Below, piece after piece: positions 10,614 to 23,643 of a stretch of DNA of 64,000 nucleotides. The stretch is taken from the NCBI GenBank assembly GCA_965637545.1, contig OZ281497.1, forward strand, positions 19,158,001-19,222,000, given 5' to 3'. Origin of the DNA: Phallusia mammillata (taxonomy: Eukaryota). A program made the translations under genes and the position numbers. Each line of letters begins with the position of its first letter. Positions within the stretch are counted from its first letter, which is position 1. The notes under the pieces are model-generated. The model saw only the letters and a program-made list of their open reading frames with translations, did no database searches and had not been told where the DNA came from.

Positions 10614-13600
10614 ATGTCATTTAATTATGTTGTCACTGCTCACAAGCCTACAGCAGTGAATCAGTGTATAACAGGTAACACTTATGCATGCTGGTGAGTG
10701 CAGCAACATTTATCAATTTGTCTCCTATATTTTTAGGTCATTTTACAAGTCCTGATGATTTAAATCTACTGATCACCAAAAACTCCCGTTTAGAAATATT
10801 TACTGTGTCAGCTGAAGGATTAAAGCCAGTCAAAGAACTTAACATTTATGGCAAAATTGCAATCGCAAAGCTCTTTAGACCTGAGGTAAAGTAATTTTGT
10901 ATATAATTGTTTCCTTGTCATCCACTGCATTCACTTTATTGTATCTTTATAGTTCATAGTTGGTAAACCAAGCATGGTTTTTCAAATGCTTAACAAATAT
11001 GGTGGTACTACATACTGCATGATACCACATGGTATCGTGAATGTGAACATATGAGTCCAACATGGGTAAATGAGATCGGACCAAAGTTTTATAATGGATC
11101 CCTTTCCTTGGGGTAGCATCTTGTTCTCACTTTCTCGGGTGAAGTTTGTCTACACACTTTTGGATTCAGCACTTTGATGAGTTTGGAAGAAATTTCACAG
11201 ATGGTAGATGTAGTTATGTACATGTGCCATCTGCTTTGTTTGTCTTGATAACCCCAGTACTTATGCAGCCAGGCCCGAAAATATAAAATGTTTTTGTATG
11301 TTGCTGGCCCCTAAAATTGGTGATTTTTTTACAACATTCAAATTAAATTACATTTTGACAGCTTCTACAATTTCCTATTTATATGTGTCGATTGTTTTGT
11401 TTTGCACTATTTTGCCACCATTTACCCCTTGTTTACTTTGAAATTGAACATTAAATTGGACAAACAATGTCTGATTTAAAGGGGATTAGATTCGAATATC
11501 AACTAAAAGGGTGCATAGGATGAAAAAGGTTGGGAACCACTACTGAGGTGATAAAAGCTGGTGGCTAATAAAAGCTGGTAGCCCATTTTAAAATAAGTGG
11601 AGGAAACGTATTACGGATTTAAATTCAACCGCCAGAGTCTTTCAAAAGTCAAATTTTAATTTTGGCATTTAGTATATTTCAGTCCCAGCAAAACTACTAA
11701 CCATGTGACCAAATGTGGTATTTAGTTACTAATAATCAACTCAATTATTTCAGTATTTTAGTACTACTGCAATAAGAAAGTTGATTATTCCTGCATAAAA
11801 TATGTTTTGCTTATACATTTCAGGGAGAAAAAAAGGATTTGTTGTTTATCTTGACTGAACCATATCATGGCAGTATTTTGTCTTACAAAACCAAAGATGA
11901 TGGAAACTGTGAAATTGTTACAAAAGCCAGTGGAGATTTGTGTGTAAGATTCTTTTTTTACCTGATTGGGTTTATTCTGGAGACTAAACTTTATTAACTG
12001 TTTAACATTGATATTTTTAATTTCTAATTTGAAAGGATCCTGTTGGAAGGCCCCCAGAAACTGGCGTAATTGGCATCATTGATCCTACAAGCAAGCTTAT
12101 AGGCCTTCGCCTTTATGAAGGGGTATTCAAGGTAAATGTACTAAAATCATTACTCCCTTGCGCAGTATAAACTCCAACCCATTTTGTTCATAAACTTAAA
12201 AACTATTTTTTTAGTTTTTGCCTTATGATCCAAGTTCTGAGGAATTGCGGCCATTTAATGTTCGAATTGAGGAGTTGAGTGTAATTGACGCACAATTTCT
12301 GCATGGGTGTTCCACACCTACTCTTGTGATTATATATCAGGTAGTGTTACTTGTTAATATTGCAAAAATGGCCCATCCTATATAACTTACATGTTTATGT
12401 AACCTTATGCATTTTTTTAAATGAATATCTGATCAAACTGATAATTCTGCAGAACCCACAAGGAAGGCATGTTAAAACACACAAAATAGATTTGAGGGAA
12501 AAAGATGTAAAACCTGGCCCCTGGAAACAGGAAAATGTAGATGCAGAGGCTAACATGATTATTTCAGGTGTGTGTGTGTTTCATTGAAATATAACCTATC
12601 TAATGTGTGTTGTTGTTTTGTTCCAGTTCCAGCTCCTCTAAATGGGGTAATTATTATTGGCCAGGAATCTATAACCTACCACAATGGAAACAAGTACATA
12701 CCGATTGCTCCACCTGATGTCAAGGTGCCTGCCTTGGTCATAAAATCACACATTTTTGCACCCAGAATGACAATTTTGCTGTACATTTTAGAATACGATA
12801 AACTGCTATGCACCTGTGGACACAGATGGATCACGATACCTGCTTGGAGACTTAGCTGGTCACCTTTTTATTTTGCTGCTTGAGCGCGATGAGCTTATGG
12901 ATGGAACAGCCTCTGTCAGAGATCTTAAAATAGAACTTCTTGGAGAGGTAAATACATTTATATTAACCATTCGACATATATATATACTTAGTTTGTGTAT
13001 TAGTACAGGTATATGGTTTGTGTAATATATGAAGCTCAAATACTATACTTTAGGTTTCAATACCAGAAGCAATTAGTTATCTTGACAATGGTGTTGTCTA
13101 CATTGGATCTCGCCTTGGTGATTCTCAACTTGTTCGATTGCACACTGAACCAGTACCACATGAAAGTAAGTCACCATTCCACCAAAGAAATAAAATAAAA
13201 TTCTTAAGCAAATACCTTACAAAACTATTTTGTAGCAAATGAGGTAACAACTTAAATTTTATTGTTTCGATTTTGTCAGCTTCTCCTGATCGCAATGGAG
13301 AGAACAAAAGTACCCTAGTGACCGTGCTTGACACCTACACAAATTTAGGACCTATTGTTGACATGTGTGTGGTTGATCTTGACAGACAGGGCCAGGGTCA
13401 GGTAAAAACTAGTCTTATGTAAATAAAATTGAAATGCTTTTTTTTATTTTTGTGCAAACTGTTATCTTACATATGTGTGCTTTGCACAGTATGTATTCAA
13501 AATTGAAGTAATGTTTAGCTGGTCACATGTTCTGGAGCATTCAAAGAAGGAAGTTTGAGGATCATCAGAAATGGAATTGGAATTCAAGAACATGCTAGCA

Positions 13601-16600
13601 TCGATCTTCCAAGCATATCTGGTTTGTTTTTATTTCTGAAATCAACTTTCAGACAAAACTGTGATGAAAATTTTCTCAACCTTAAACTATTGCTATGTTT
13701 AGGTTGATGAAAATTTTTGTTTTTATCGAACTATTGTTTTAACGAAATGTTAATGTTTTGTTTTTGTTTTCCATTAAATTTAGGTCTATGGCCACTGCAA
13801 GTGCTGGATGACAGCGATAAGTTTGACACCTTAGTCATGTCCTTTGTTGGTCACTCGAGGGTGCTACGTCTCAGTGGAGAAGAAGTTGAAGAAACTGAAC
13901 TATATGGGTTCGATGATGAACGACAAACATTTCATTGCACCAATGTCACCTATCGACAACTTATACAAGTTAGTGTTGCATTGTTTTCATACAATTATTG
14001 ACTGTGTTTTTGTTGTTTTATTTGGTAAATTATCCATGTACAAACTGTACATAATAAATTGTCTAGTTAGGTAATGAATATGATTAAAATATGTTTATGG
14101 ATGAAAAGTTTGTTATTCACAAAATAATGTGAAAGGGCTGCTTTCTTAAAAATAAGTTTTGAAGTCCAGCATTTGCAATAAAACTTGTGTCCATTTTAGT
14201 GACCAAAATTATATTTGTCGTTTACTGAAAAAGTTTTTTGATAACTGCAAATATTTTAATGTATAGGTGACAGAAAAGAGTGTTCGTCTAATATCCAATG
14301 AAAAAAAGCGTCTAGTAAGTGAGTGGACACCCAAAGATGATAGACACATCAGTGTTGCTACCAGCAACCAATCCCAAGTGTTGCTTGCTGTTGGAAAATC
14401 CCTGCATTACCTGGAAATTCAACAAGGTTTGTATACTATTAGTTATCATATCTATGCTCACATCTACAGTGTTTATAAAGACAGATGTCGCTATCACTAT
14501 TCACTAAGCGACATAAACTTGACCTAAATTATAATAACATAATCTTTGTAAAAAAATGTAGGTAGTATTGTGGCAAAAGTTGTCAATAATTTTTGGTCTT
14601 ATCCTGTTGTTTGTTGAAACAGGTGAACTTATCGAACGTGGGTCAGTTGAACTTCCACATGAGGTCGCCTGTCTGACAATAGATCATTTAAATGGGGAGA
14701 AAATTTCACCAGAGTCCATGGAGGCGTCAACACAGCTTGCAGAAATATGTGCTGTAGGTTTGTGGAATGACAACAGTGCTCGTGTGTTGAAGCTGCCAAG
14801 CCTTGAAGAGATGTATCAAGAAAAACTTGCTGATGGTAAGAAACCACAACTTACATGATTGGTGTCGTTTTATTAGGCTGTTTGCTTATGATAAAAAATG
14901 TGTGCTCCTTGTGCAGAAATTATTCCTCGTTCCATATTACTGGTCCAGTTTGAAGGAATCAACTACCTGCTGGTTACATTGGGTGATGGAACATTGTTTT
15001 ACTTCACACTGGATGAAAACACTGGTATGCTGTCTTACAAATAGCCTATTATTTCTTAATATCCAATATTTCAGGGTTATACTCTCAGTCTCAGTCTGGG
15101 TCATTGCAAGGTAGCCTATCTAAAACTTGCATGTACAAGGAGGGGGGAAAAAGAAAAATAGTCGTTTTGTCACTTAAAACATCATCATTTGGCATATCAG
15201 GGGATATCCCTAAATGTAGCGATATGATGTTAGAAATGTCAGCAGTGTGGCTTTTTGCTGAAAAACTTTAAAGAACCGTGGTTGGATTCACTGGAGTCGT
15301 TATCAGACACAAAAATCCCTGGTAGAATTTAACCATGATTCCTTACTCTGATATTCAGCAAAAACAACTACACGATTTGAATAGAATACGAAGGAATTAA
15401 AGTCAGTTGTGATTTACTGCAGGCGTGTTATCTGATAAAAAGAGGGTGCCACTTGGAACACAACCCACCTCATTATGTGCGTTTTCGTCTGGCGGGGCAA
15501 GAACTGTGTTTGCGTGCTCTGATCGACCTACAGTCGTGTACAGCTCCAACAAGAAGCTCGTGTTTTCCAATGTTAACTTGAAAGAAGTTTCTCATATGTG
15601 CCCGCTGGATTCGAAAGGTTACCCCGACAGGTAAATGCTACAAGGAAAAACTTTTGTTTTTAACCTATTGTCTCTGAAATGTTATCAAACGCATTATGGA
15701 AAGCATAAAAAAGGTCGTGGTTGTCTTGAAAACTTAGAATCCATCGATTGAACAGTATTTAACCCTCTGACAGGCAGCATACGTATCGGCGATAGCTGTT
15801 TCAATATTCAATATAAATCTTTTTTGTCTTGAAATGTTGGCATCACCAAAAAGATACAATAAAATCAGTGATTAAATAAACCTATTGGTGGACTATGCGT
15901 TTAATGGTGCCCCAACGTAAACTTTGGAGGCGCTAAGCACTGAAGACTTTTACAGCTATGGAAAGTAAATTGATGGATGACGGAAAGTTTGAGTTATTGT
16001 TCGTTTGCTAAAAAATTCTTTAAAGGCTTATATTTAAGATTTTATTCAAACGGTTATTTAAACGGTACAAGACCGTTAAAACCACCTATTCTCGGTTTGA
16101 GAAAAAGGCTTCTTAACTCCCGCACTTTCTTAATGACGCTTCTTTTTAAGTTATTGCAAAGCGAACGTTGTTCTAAAAATAGTTTTAGTGTGAGTTCCTG
16201 GTTTCGTGGATATAACCAATCAAATGGGAAAACCTAAGTAATTAAACAACAAAGAAAATGTTATTACGTATGGTGAGGACACAACGAACAAAAGCAGTGT
16301 GACGGAATTGTGAACAAATAAACAATCAATATTTTTCACAACAAATAGGAAATGACCAAGCAACGCACAAAAGCAGACACGAACAGCGCCATAAACAAAT
16401 AAGGAATACTATTCGCAACACTAGTGAATTCGATTTTGCAAGTTCGGTTGGGCTTCATGGTTCACTTTTGGTTTTCTTCGGGATAATCGAATATTCCGTT
16501 TACAGTTTAAACAAATTTTTCACTTCATCGAAATTGCGTTCAAGTGAAAATAAATTCCGTAAATCAAACTCCAGTTAATCGAATATTCCGGTTCATCGAA

Positions 16601-19600
16601 TATTCCGGTTTATCGAATATTCCGGTTAATCAAATATTCCATTTAATCGAATATTCGGGTTTATCGAAATCCCGGTTAATCGAATATTCCATCATGGGGT
16701 ATGTTTTGCTGATTCGAAAATTAAATCATAAAGCGTCCAGCATAAACTTTTGCTGAGAAATATCAGTAACATTTGTTTTTGTTTTTCAATTTATTTGTAC
16801 TGTATTAGGTGTTTGGTTGGACTTTCGATTTAACTTTTATATTGTAGTTTGGCGCTCGCGAACGACAGCACATTGCTTATCGGCACCATTGACGAAATAC
16901 AGAAGTTACACATCAGGACGGTTCCGTTAAACGAGTCCCCGAGACGCATAGCTTACCAGGTGCCAGTTTGCATAATATCAGCAGTCAGCACTATTGGTAC
17001 ACAGTGCATGTAACAATGCTTGCTTTGCAGGAAGAAACCCAGTGCTTCGGTGTGATTACACTGCGCACGGACATGGCGGATGTTAAGAACGGCGGAAGCA
17101 CACCCGTTCGACCATGCGCTAGTACACAGGTGAAATATACCACTAATGAGGTAACCTTGCATTATGGGCTATATCAGTGGTTCTCAACTGGTGGTCCATG
17201 ATGACTTTTTGGGTGGTCCACAGGACGTCCACTAAATTTGTTGATCAACTGGAGATAATTGCATATTACACATTGAAAGTGTATCAAAATGTTAGCTGTT
17301 AATAATTGTATCTCGCGTCTTGAAAATCGGTTTTAAAGAATTATGTTTCAAGCCCAAATAGTTGTTTCGTATGCTTACTTCAATTTTGCTCCAAAAAGAA
17401 ATGATCTTATTTTTACTGGGCTGGTGGCCCGAAGCACTGGGCTATATTGTTTCATGTTTCGGCATATTAAATGAATATTGTGTGTTTAGGGATAATACAC
17501 CTAAAGCATTGATTTTCTAAACTAAATAAATTGTTATCTGTCCCAAAGAGGACTTAAATGTATGGATAACGAATAAAACTAAGTAATTTAAATGTGTGCA
17601 TTTCATGCATTTTGCAATCATTTTTACCATCCTTTCGAACAGGCAGGCATAATAGCGAAGAGTCCCGCATTTGGTGCTCGCTCCGGTGAAACCTCACAGG
17701 TGTTTTACGGTGACGAGGTTGACGTTGGAAATCTTCTTATCATTGATCAGCACACGTTTGAAGGTAATTCGAAATTCTAAGTTTTTCAAGTCCAAACCCC
17801 TTCACCATGGTATACGATATGTAGATGCGTAAATTATGGTTTCTTAATCTGTTTTTACATGACAAAGAAGCTTTTTGAATTGTGTAGTTAGGAATTCTTC
17901 CATTAGGTAAACTCAACTTGCACTTATGTAGTTTACCACGCTTATCAACTCGCGATGAACGAGGAACCGATGAGTGTTATTTCCTGTCATTTGGGCGACG
18001 AACAAACTCCGTATTTTGTGGTTGGAACAGCTATTGTTTATTCGGACGAACCCGAACCGAAGTCTGGACGAATCCTGGTTTTCCAATACAGCGATAGTAA
18101 GAAATAATACCTCGTTGATGCATTTCTTGTTTTTTTTTGTCGCAACTGTAGATGCAAATTGGAATGCCCCCATATGAAAGCTATAAGAACAATTTGTTTG
18201 GGAAGGAAACTTGTGCAAACTCATTTTTTTGTTTTGCAGACAAACTCAGTCTTGTCACGCACAAGGAGGTAAAGGGTGCCGTGTACTCGTTGTGCGAATT
18301 CAACGGGAATGTGCTCGCCTCCATAAACAACACGGTAAGCGATTAGTGCAACACACAGTTTCGTACCATTTTATATATTTAAAGAGTATGCTTATGGCGT
18401 TATGGGTGTATTACGCAAAAACAACTTTGCTCTGCATTTCGTTTTGTATTTCTCCGTCAATGCGACGGATTTAACTTGGGCCATTTTGTAAGTGCAACAA
18501 ATTTGTTCAAGGTTTGCATTTTCCAATGGAAAGGCGAGCGTGAACTAAGAGTGGAATGCAGCTATCCCACCAACATACTTGCTCTCTACCTCAAATGCAA
18601 GGGCGACTTTGTGCTCGTTGGCGACCTCATGCGGTCGATGAATCTGCTTACGTACAAACACATCGAGGGTAATCTCGATGAGGTATGCCTACAACTTTGT
18701 CTTTGTTTTCCGCGGCATTCTCCCAAGTTTTCTCAAGAAAGAGTACTTCAAATTTTTACAATTTTGACACAGGTGCTCATAAATTGACACATGTGGTAGA
18801 TAGTGTGATGGATAGGCGGATACTTAAAGTTGTGCAACCGTTGTAATTACAGTAAACAGTTAGATGCTACGGCATATAACATTAAGTATGCCGAAACTAT
18901 AATACTCAAAGAACCACTCTCGGGTCTTGCATCGTAAATGTTACCAAACACATGTCACTAAATAACGAAAAGCGAAAAAAAACCCATAAACTACCTGAAA
19001 CGTAGAATCGCCATTTTAACTTATTGTAACTTAATTGATTGTATTTGTATGTATGCACCCAGTAGCGGTATGAGTTTTTTTAGGATTCCTTTTTGTTCAT
19101 TACAGTAGGTTTTAACATAACAAACCACACAGAATGCGCATGGATTAAACTTTTTTCTCTTTCCCGTTTTTTATATTGCTAGTTGTACGTGCAGCCAAAT
19201 GATGTTTGACAGTCACGTCGCAAATGCAAAAACCCTGTCCCTTGTGTTATCGCAATTTGCCGGTGGTCTAGGTTGCAAAAACACTTAGTTAAAGGGCAAG
19301 AAAACAAATAAAGTTTATGTCGTAAACTCTTTAAACCCAAGCGACCACGTTGAATCTATGTTGAAACACTTGGTGTAATGTACAGATAGCAAGGGACTAC
19401 AGCCCTAACTGGATGACTGCAGTGGAGATTATTGATGACGACACGTTTCTGGGCGCGGAAAATTCCTCTAACTTGTTTGTTTGCCAAAAGGACAGGTGAG
19501 TTTCTACCACGACATGTTTATCGTCCCGACTTGTGTTTTGCCCCGTGACTCATATTTTGGAATATGACTGTAAATACAAGTCTCTGTAGAAGGAAAATAC

Positions 19601-22600
19601 AGTTGAAGGATTCTGCTTCCAATTTGCTACTGTTTTTCAAAATTTGGGCGTGGCGGGGGTGTGTCGTACTTATGTTCGGGCTTACTGGTGCTGCGTGGTT
19701 CAACGTTAAAAACGTGTTTGATACTTTGACAAAATGTTTACTGCTAAAGCGTAAAATTATCCAAACGCTGATTGTGTAGAATCGTAAACAAATTGCTGTA
19801 TAAGATTAAAACAAAAACAATCTGCTCACAATTTTAAGTGGAAAGCCTCTTTGTTCAGTGCTAGGGCCTTGGCAACGAGGCATGGCAGTTTTACCTGCCA
19901 AAACAAGAATTTGTCGTTACGAAAAGAGTCGCTATACATTTTCTCAACCTTGTGTTTGCGGTTCTCTGCACGTCACGTAGTGTTTACGCCATACCAGTAG
20001 CATCGATCTATGTTGCCATGCAGTGCTGCAACCACTGACGAAGATAGATCACGTCTCCAGCAGACCGGACTCTACCACCTTGGCGATTTCGTCAACACCT
20101 TTCGACACGGTTCGCTGGTCATGCAGAACGTCGGGGAGAGCTGCACTGCCACACAGGTCGGTCATCGCGGTTGTTTTGGTCAAGTTTGCTTTCTTTTTGA
20201 ATGCAACTGCAGTGCTATGGCCTTTTGAAACTTTAAATATGCTGAAACATGAGTAGCTACAGTTGTTTACTTGACTGTTATATAACCATTTGGTCCTTCG
20301 GTTACCGATACTCGACCATCTTGTGACATTAAATGCATCGAGATTAAAAATGAAATACCAAGGTTTTTATGTTTAAATGTAAGGGAAATATTTTCCAGTC
20401 TGTTTTGCACTTTTCAAATCTAAACACATAAAAAGCTCTGGCTTGGACAGACCTTTAAAAGCAGTTGCCAATCATAACGCCATTAGCGTTATTGATTGTT
20501 TTCATGTGCGTTTTGCTTATGTAATACAACAATATGCTTACGACATAACAATGACTATATGTCAACTCCTCCCAGCACGTTTTGCTGATGTTGATTATTG
20601 TATGTTTTTGCAGAGCACGATCTTGTATGGGACGTCGTGTGGCTGTATTGGAGTTATTGCCACAATCAACGAAGACCTTTTCAATCTGCTTCAGTCGGTC
20701 CAGAGCCGCCTGTCAAAAGTAATTAAAAGCGTCGGGAACATCGAACACGCCTCATATCCTTTTTATTACTTTCTGTATTGACGCCGCAGCAAATACAACC
20801 ATCGCGTATGGCGTATTGCCTAACGTGAATTTGCCTAGGGCAGGGCTCTTCACCCGGGCTTCGGTGGAATACTCACAGGGGTTCCGTGAACTTTAAGGGT
20901 TCCCCGAGGTTTGTTTTACATGTTTTAAAATTATTTCATGGGGATTTCGCAAATTTTGACAAAATACCTCAAGGGAAATTTTGACAAAACGTTGTGCCAC
21001 TAAAAAGGTTGAAGAGCACTGGCCTATGTTATCAACGTGTTTTCTTTCATTTTTACCCCTTGGGAATATGGAGGACAAAATTAACCCGAGTTTCCATAAC
21101 ACATTAGTCCCACATTTTCTATGTGTACCTACTAGAATGACAGTTTTACCCCTTAGGCCTCGCCTCTTGCGCAGGGTATGTTGTGTAATTAGAAATCGTT
21201 AGCAAATGACTGATGTTGTGATTTGATTTCGGTTTGTCACATAAAAATACGTGATATCGAACGAAATACTGATGTTTGTCGATTTGCTCATAAATCAGGC
21301 CACCGTTTGTACACACATGCATTGTTGACGTGTTGGCTATTTCCTGGTGACTTAATTTTGACAGCTATTGCATGCATCAGTTTGTTTAGGTGACATTTCA
21401 CTCTTCACATACAGCAGAGCGGAAGTAGCTACAATTGCGCTATCAGCTGGGTATTTTGCCAATTTGTAAACCATTGAAAGTCTGCAAACACGAAATCGAT
21501 TTGCATATACTTTGAACGCTTGTAGTCTAGATTGTGATATACTTCCTTTAAATGTTTGTGTTCCCAATGGCAATTATAAGTCTATTCTGTGCTGTAGCAA
21601 CTACAATTTCAAGTATTACCACTCTTTTATAACCCGCATGAATCGTTATGACAAGCTTAAGAACATTCGAATTGCACTCTAGTTTTGAACAAAACGTAAA
21701 TAAAAATCATCTTTTATTATTTAAAAGCATCGAGCCAATAAATGATAAGACAGTGCACACTATGGTGTATGCCCAGTTGTGACATCGCACAGAATACGTA
21801 AGGCATGAGTTTTAAGCATGTTACCCAACTACCTGTAGTGCGGTTGGAAGGCTACACTAGCCAATTCGGTCGATCTCTCGCCACTAAAGCTGTGCTCATG
21901 AGACCTTATAGGTCGAAACAATGTGCACCGTCTGTAGGTAATCATTTTTTTATCTATATTTGACCGAGGGCATAAGATTTGTCACCTAAACAACTTTTTC
22001 ATAATTATGAAGTTTAATCCAAGGTATTTAATAGCAATAGTTTATTGATTTTTTAAACCGTTACACCATCCTTAACCTCATTTATCCACATGGAGGGCGT
22101 TTTCCACCAATCATGAGACGAAACCGGACAAGGGTTTTGTGGACGGTGACCTCGTCGAGCTATTCCTCGACTTGCCTCGTGACAAAATGATTGAAACTGC
22201 GAAAGGAGTTGTGGTAACTATACTTGCTTTCAATATTTGCACACCATGTTTGCCTGCACGTCTCCCCCAATACTTTATAAAGCGGTCGTCATTGTGTGGT
22301 TTCATCAAACCCACGTGACATTTGCTCCATACCGCGAGTATTTGTGATTTCGATCTGGATTCGTTTTGTTTGCATAATATATTTTCAAATTCTCCTTTTT
22401 ATTGCGGGCATAGATAATATGCTGTCCATGCTAAAGCATTTAGTCAACACATCTAACTAACACGCGTCTAGAACAGATTTCAAAGGCATGAAAGCGATCG
22501 TGTATTGTTTTATTTATCTTCTGCTTAGCGTAGCACGTGTCTGGCACCGAGTCGTTAATGTTTGGCACTTGAATGTCGCTTATGAAACTTTTGCTATTTC

Positions 22601-23643
22601 CGTATCTTTGTGACATTCTGCTACGTGATATGCCAGCATGTTTTGGTGTTGGGAGCAATTAATGTCGCAACGTAGAATTTCTTGTCAATATTTCTACGAA
22701 CAATAATGCATAATGTGCAGCGCTTGGTCAACAATCAGAAAACTTGTTTGTGGGAATTAACCAGGTTTAAGTTAACGGCTTACGTTGAGATTTTGATTTA
22801 GTATTTCGGGTGTCAGTCACATATCAAGTCCGCACGTGACTTGAGGCGTGATTAAACTGACGATTTATTGTTAGATTCACTTAATTGCGAAAGGATTAAT
22901 GGGACGTTTTGTTTGAGTTATGACGTCTATAAGCAGTCACAAGACTGTGTAAGTTGTTGTATAGTAACCTCACCCATATAATGGTCCATTATTAACATAT
23001 TAACAGATTAAGATTCTATGTTCCGCAGCTGTTTTCTGTCGCCAGATATTAAATGCAATTTTGGTTCATAACTCGTCGCGAAAGGGTTTCCTCTGTTCAA
23101 AAATGCTTTGTGTTAACCTATTACCATTTACTACACATTCTTCGTGAGTAATGTCACTGCAAACGAAGTTACATGCCCTGATCGAACGCACCGCGACCCC
23201 CCAGTGTAATGACTCAAAGTATGTAAATAATGTATTCACATCGCAGACGTTGTGTTAGCAGACTTCATCGTCTGAGCGCGTGTCATTAGCGCGAATGTAA
23301 GCGGAACTAGCTTCGACAAGCATGACTGTTTTTCATCTTTATTGTCCAACGAAAATCTCCATATTATTTCCCAACGGTTAGACGCTTTCGTGGTTCAACA
23401 CATAGAAATACCCTTTGTGCTTTATTGCAAATGTCAGGAACAGATTTTTCCTGCAGAAAGATGAAACTATAAGAGGCACAGCAATTGTTAAAATTTGAAA
23501 AATATCATTTTTGCCTTTTTGCTAAATAATTGACACAACCTTGTTTTTGTCTTTTTGTACAGATTAAACAAGACAGCACAAAACGCGACGCCACTGAAGA
23601 AGATTTGATAAAAATTATCGAGGAAATCAGCCGAATTCACTGA
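10614..23643 (+). CDS. DDB1: DNA damage-binding protein 1, 27 exons, 1160 aa
   Basis: Exons 10614-10674, 10737-10885, 11824-11943, 12036-12131, 12215-12340, 12453-12567, 12627-12724, 12792-12947, 13054-13165, 13280-13401, 13519-13621, 13784-13968, 14267-14426, 14623-14835, 14917-15024, 15423-15630, 16848-16959, 17031-17129, 17643-17763, 17932-18096, 18240-18334, 18512-18682, 19386-19495, 20024-20156, 20614-20753, 22090-22213, 23563-23643 sum to 3483 nt in frame. Starts [15 protein letters not shown], contains [42 protein letters not shown], ends [13 protein letters not shown]. Confidence 0.97.
16571..16688. repeat. Tandem array of seven 17-bp units (consensus CCGGTTAATCGAATATT) in DDB1 intron 16
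   Basis: Units start at 16571, 16588, 16605, 16622, 16639, 16656, 16672; an isolated copy lies near 16480-16497. Resembles subterminal repeats of pogo/Tigger-like MITEs (inference). Confidence 0.85.
20841..21021. mobile_element. hAT MITE, 181 bp, inside the U12 intron
   Basis: TIRs CAGGGCTCTTCACCC / GGTTGAAGAGCACTG (13/15); degenerate TSD GCCTAGGG / GCCTATGT. Confidence 0.75.
21888..21939 (+). ncRNA. Type I hammerhead ribozyme motif, probably inactivated
   Basis: AGCTGTG-CTCATGA-GACC(TTATA)GGTC-GAAA-C-AATGTGCACC-GTC-TGTAGGT: perfect stem II, GAAA, short stem III closing a loop with palindrome GTGCAC, GUC cleavage triplet, wobble-rich stem I. Core reads CUCAUGA instead of CUGANGA. Confidence 0.7.

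Larger units (their letters stand above)
20754..22089 (+). other. U12-type (minor spliceosome) AT-AC intron, DDB1 intron 25
   Basis: 5' end ATATCCTTT at 20754, branch site TCCTTAAC at 22069-22076, 3' end CAC at 22087-22089. Splicing joins GCC TC|A TGG (EHAS-WRAF), restoring the conserved DDB1 frame; no GT donor fits. Confidence 0.95.

Noticed and set aside
15759-15778. TTAACCCTCTGACAGGCAG, resembling a piggyBac left end
   Set aside because: No matching right end or second TTAA-flanked terminus found in the intron.
16571-16688. CRISPR-like appearance of the short repeat array
   Set aside because: Units are contiguous with no unique spacers, and the context is a eukaryotic intron.
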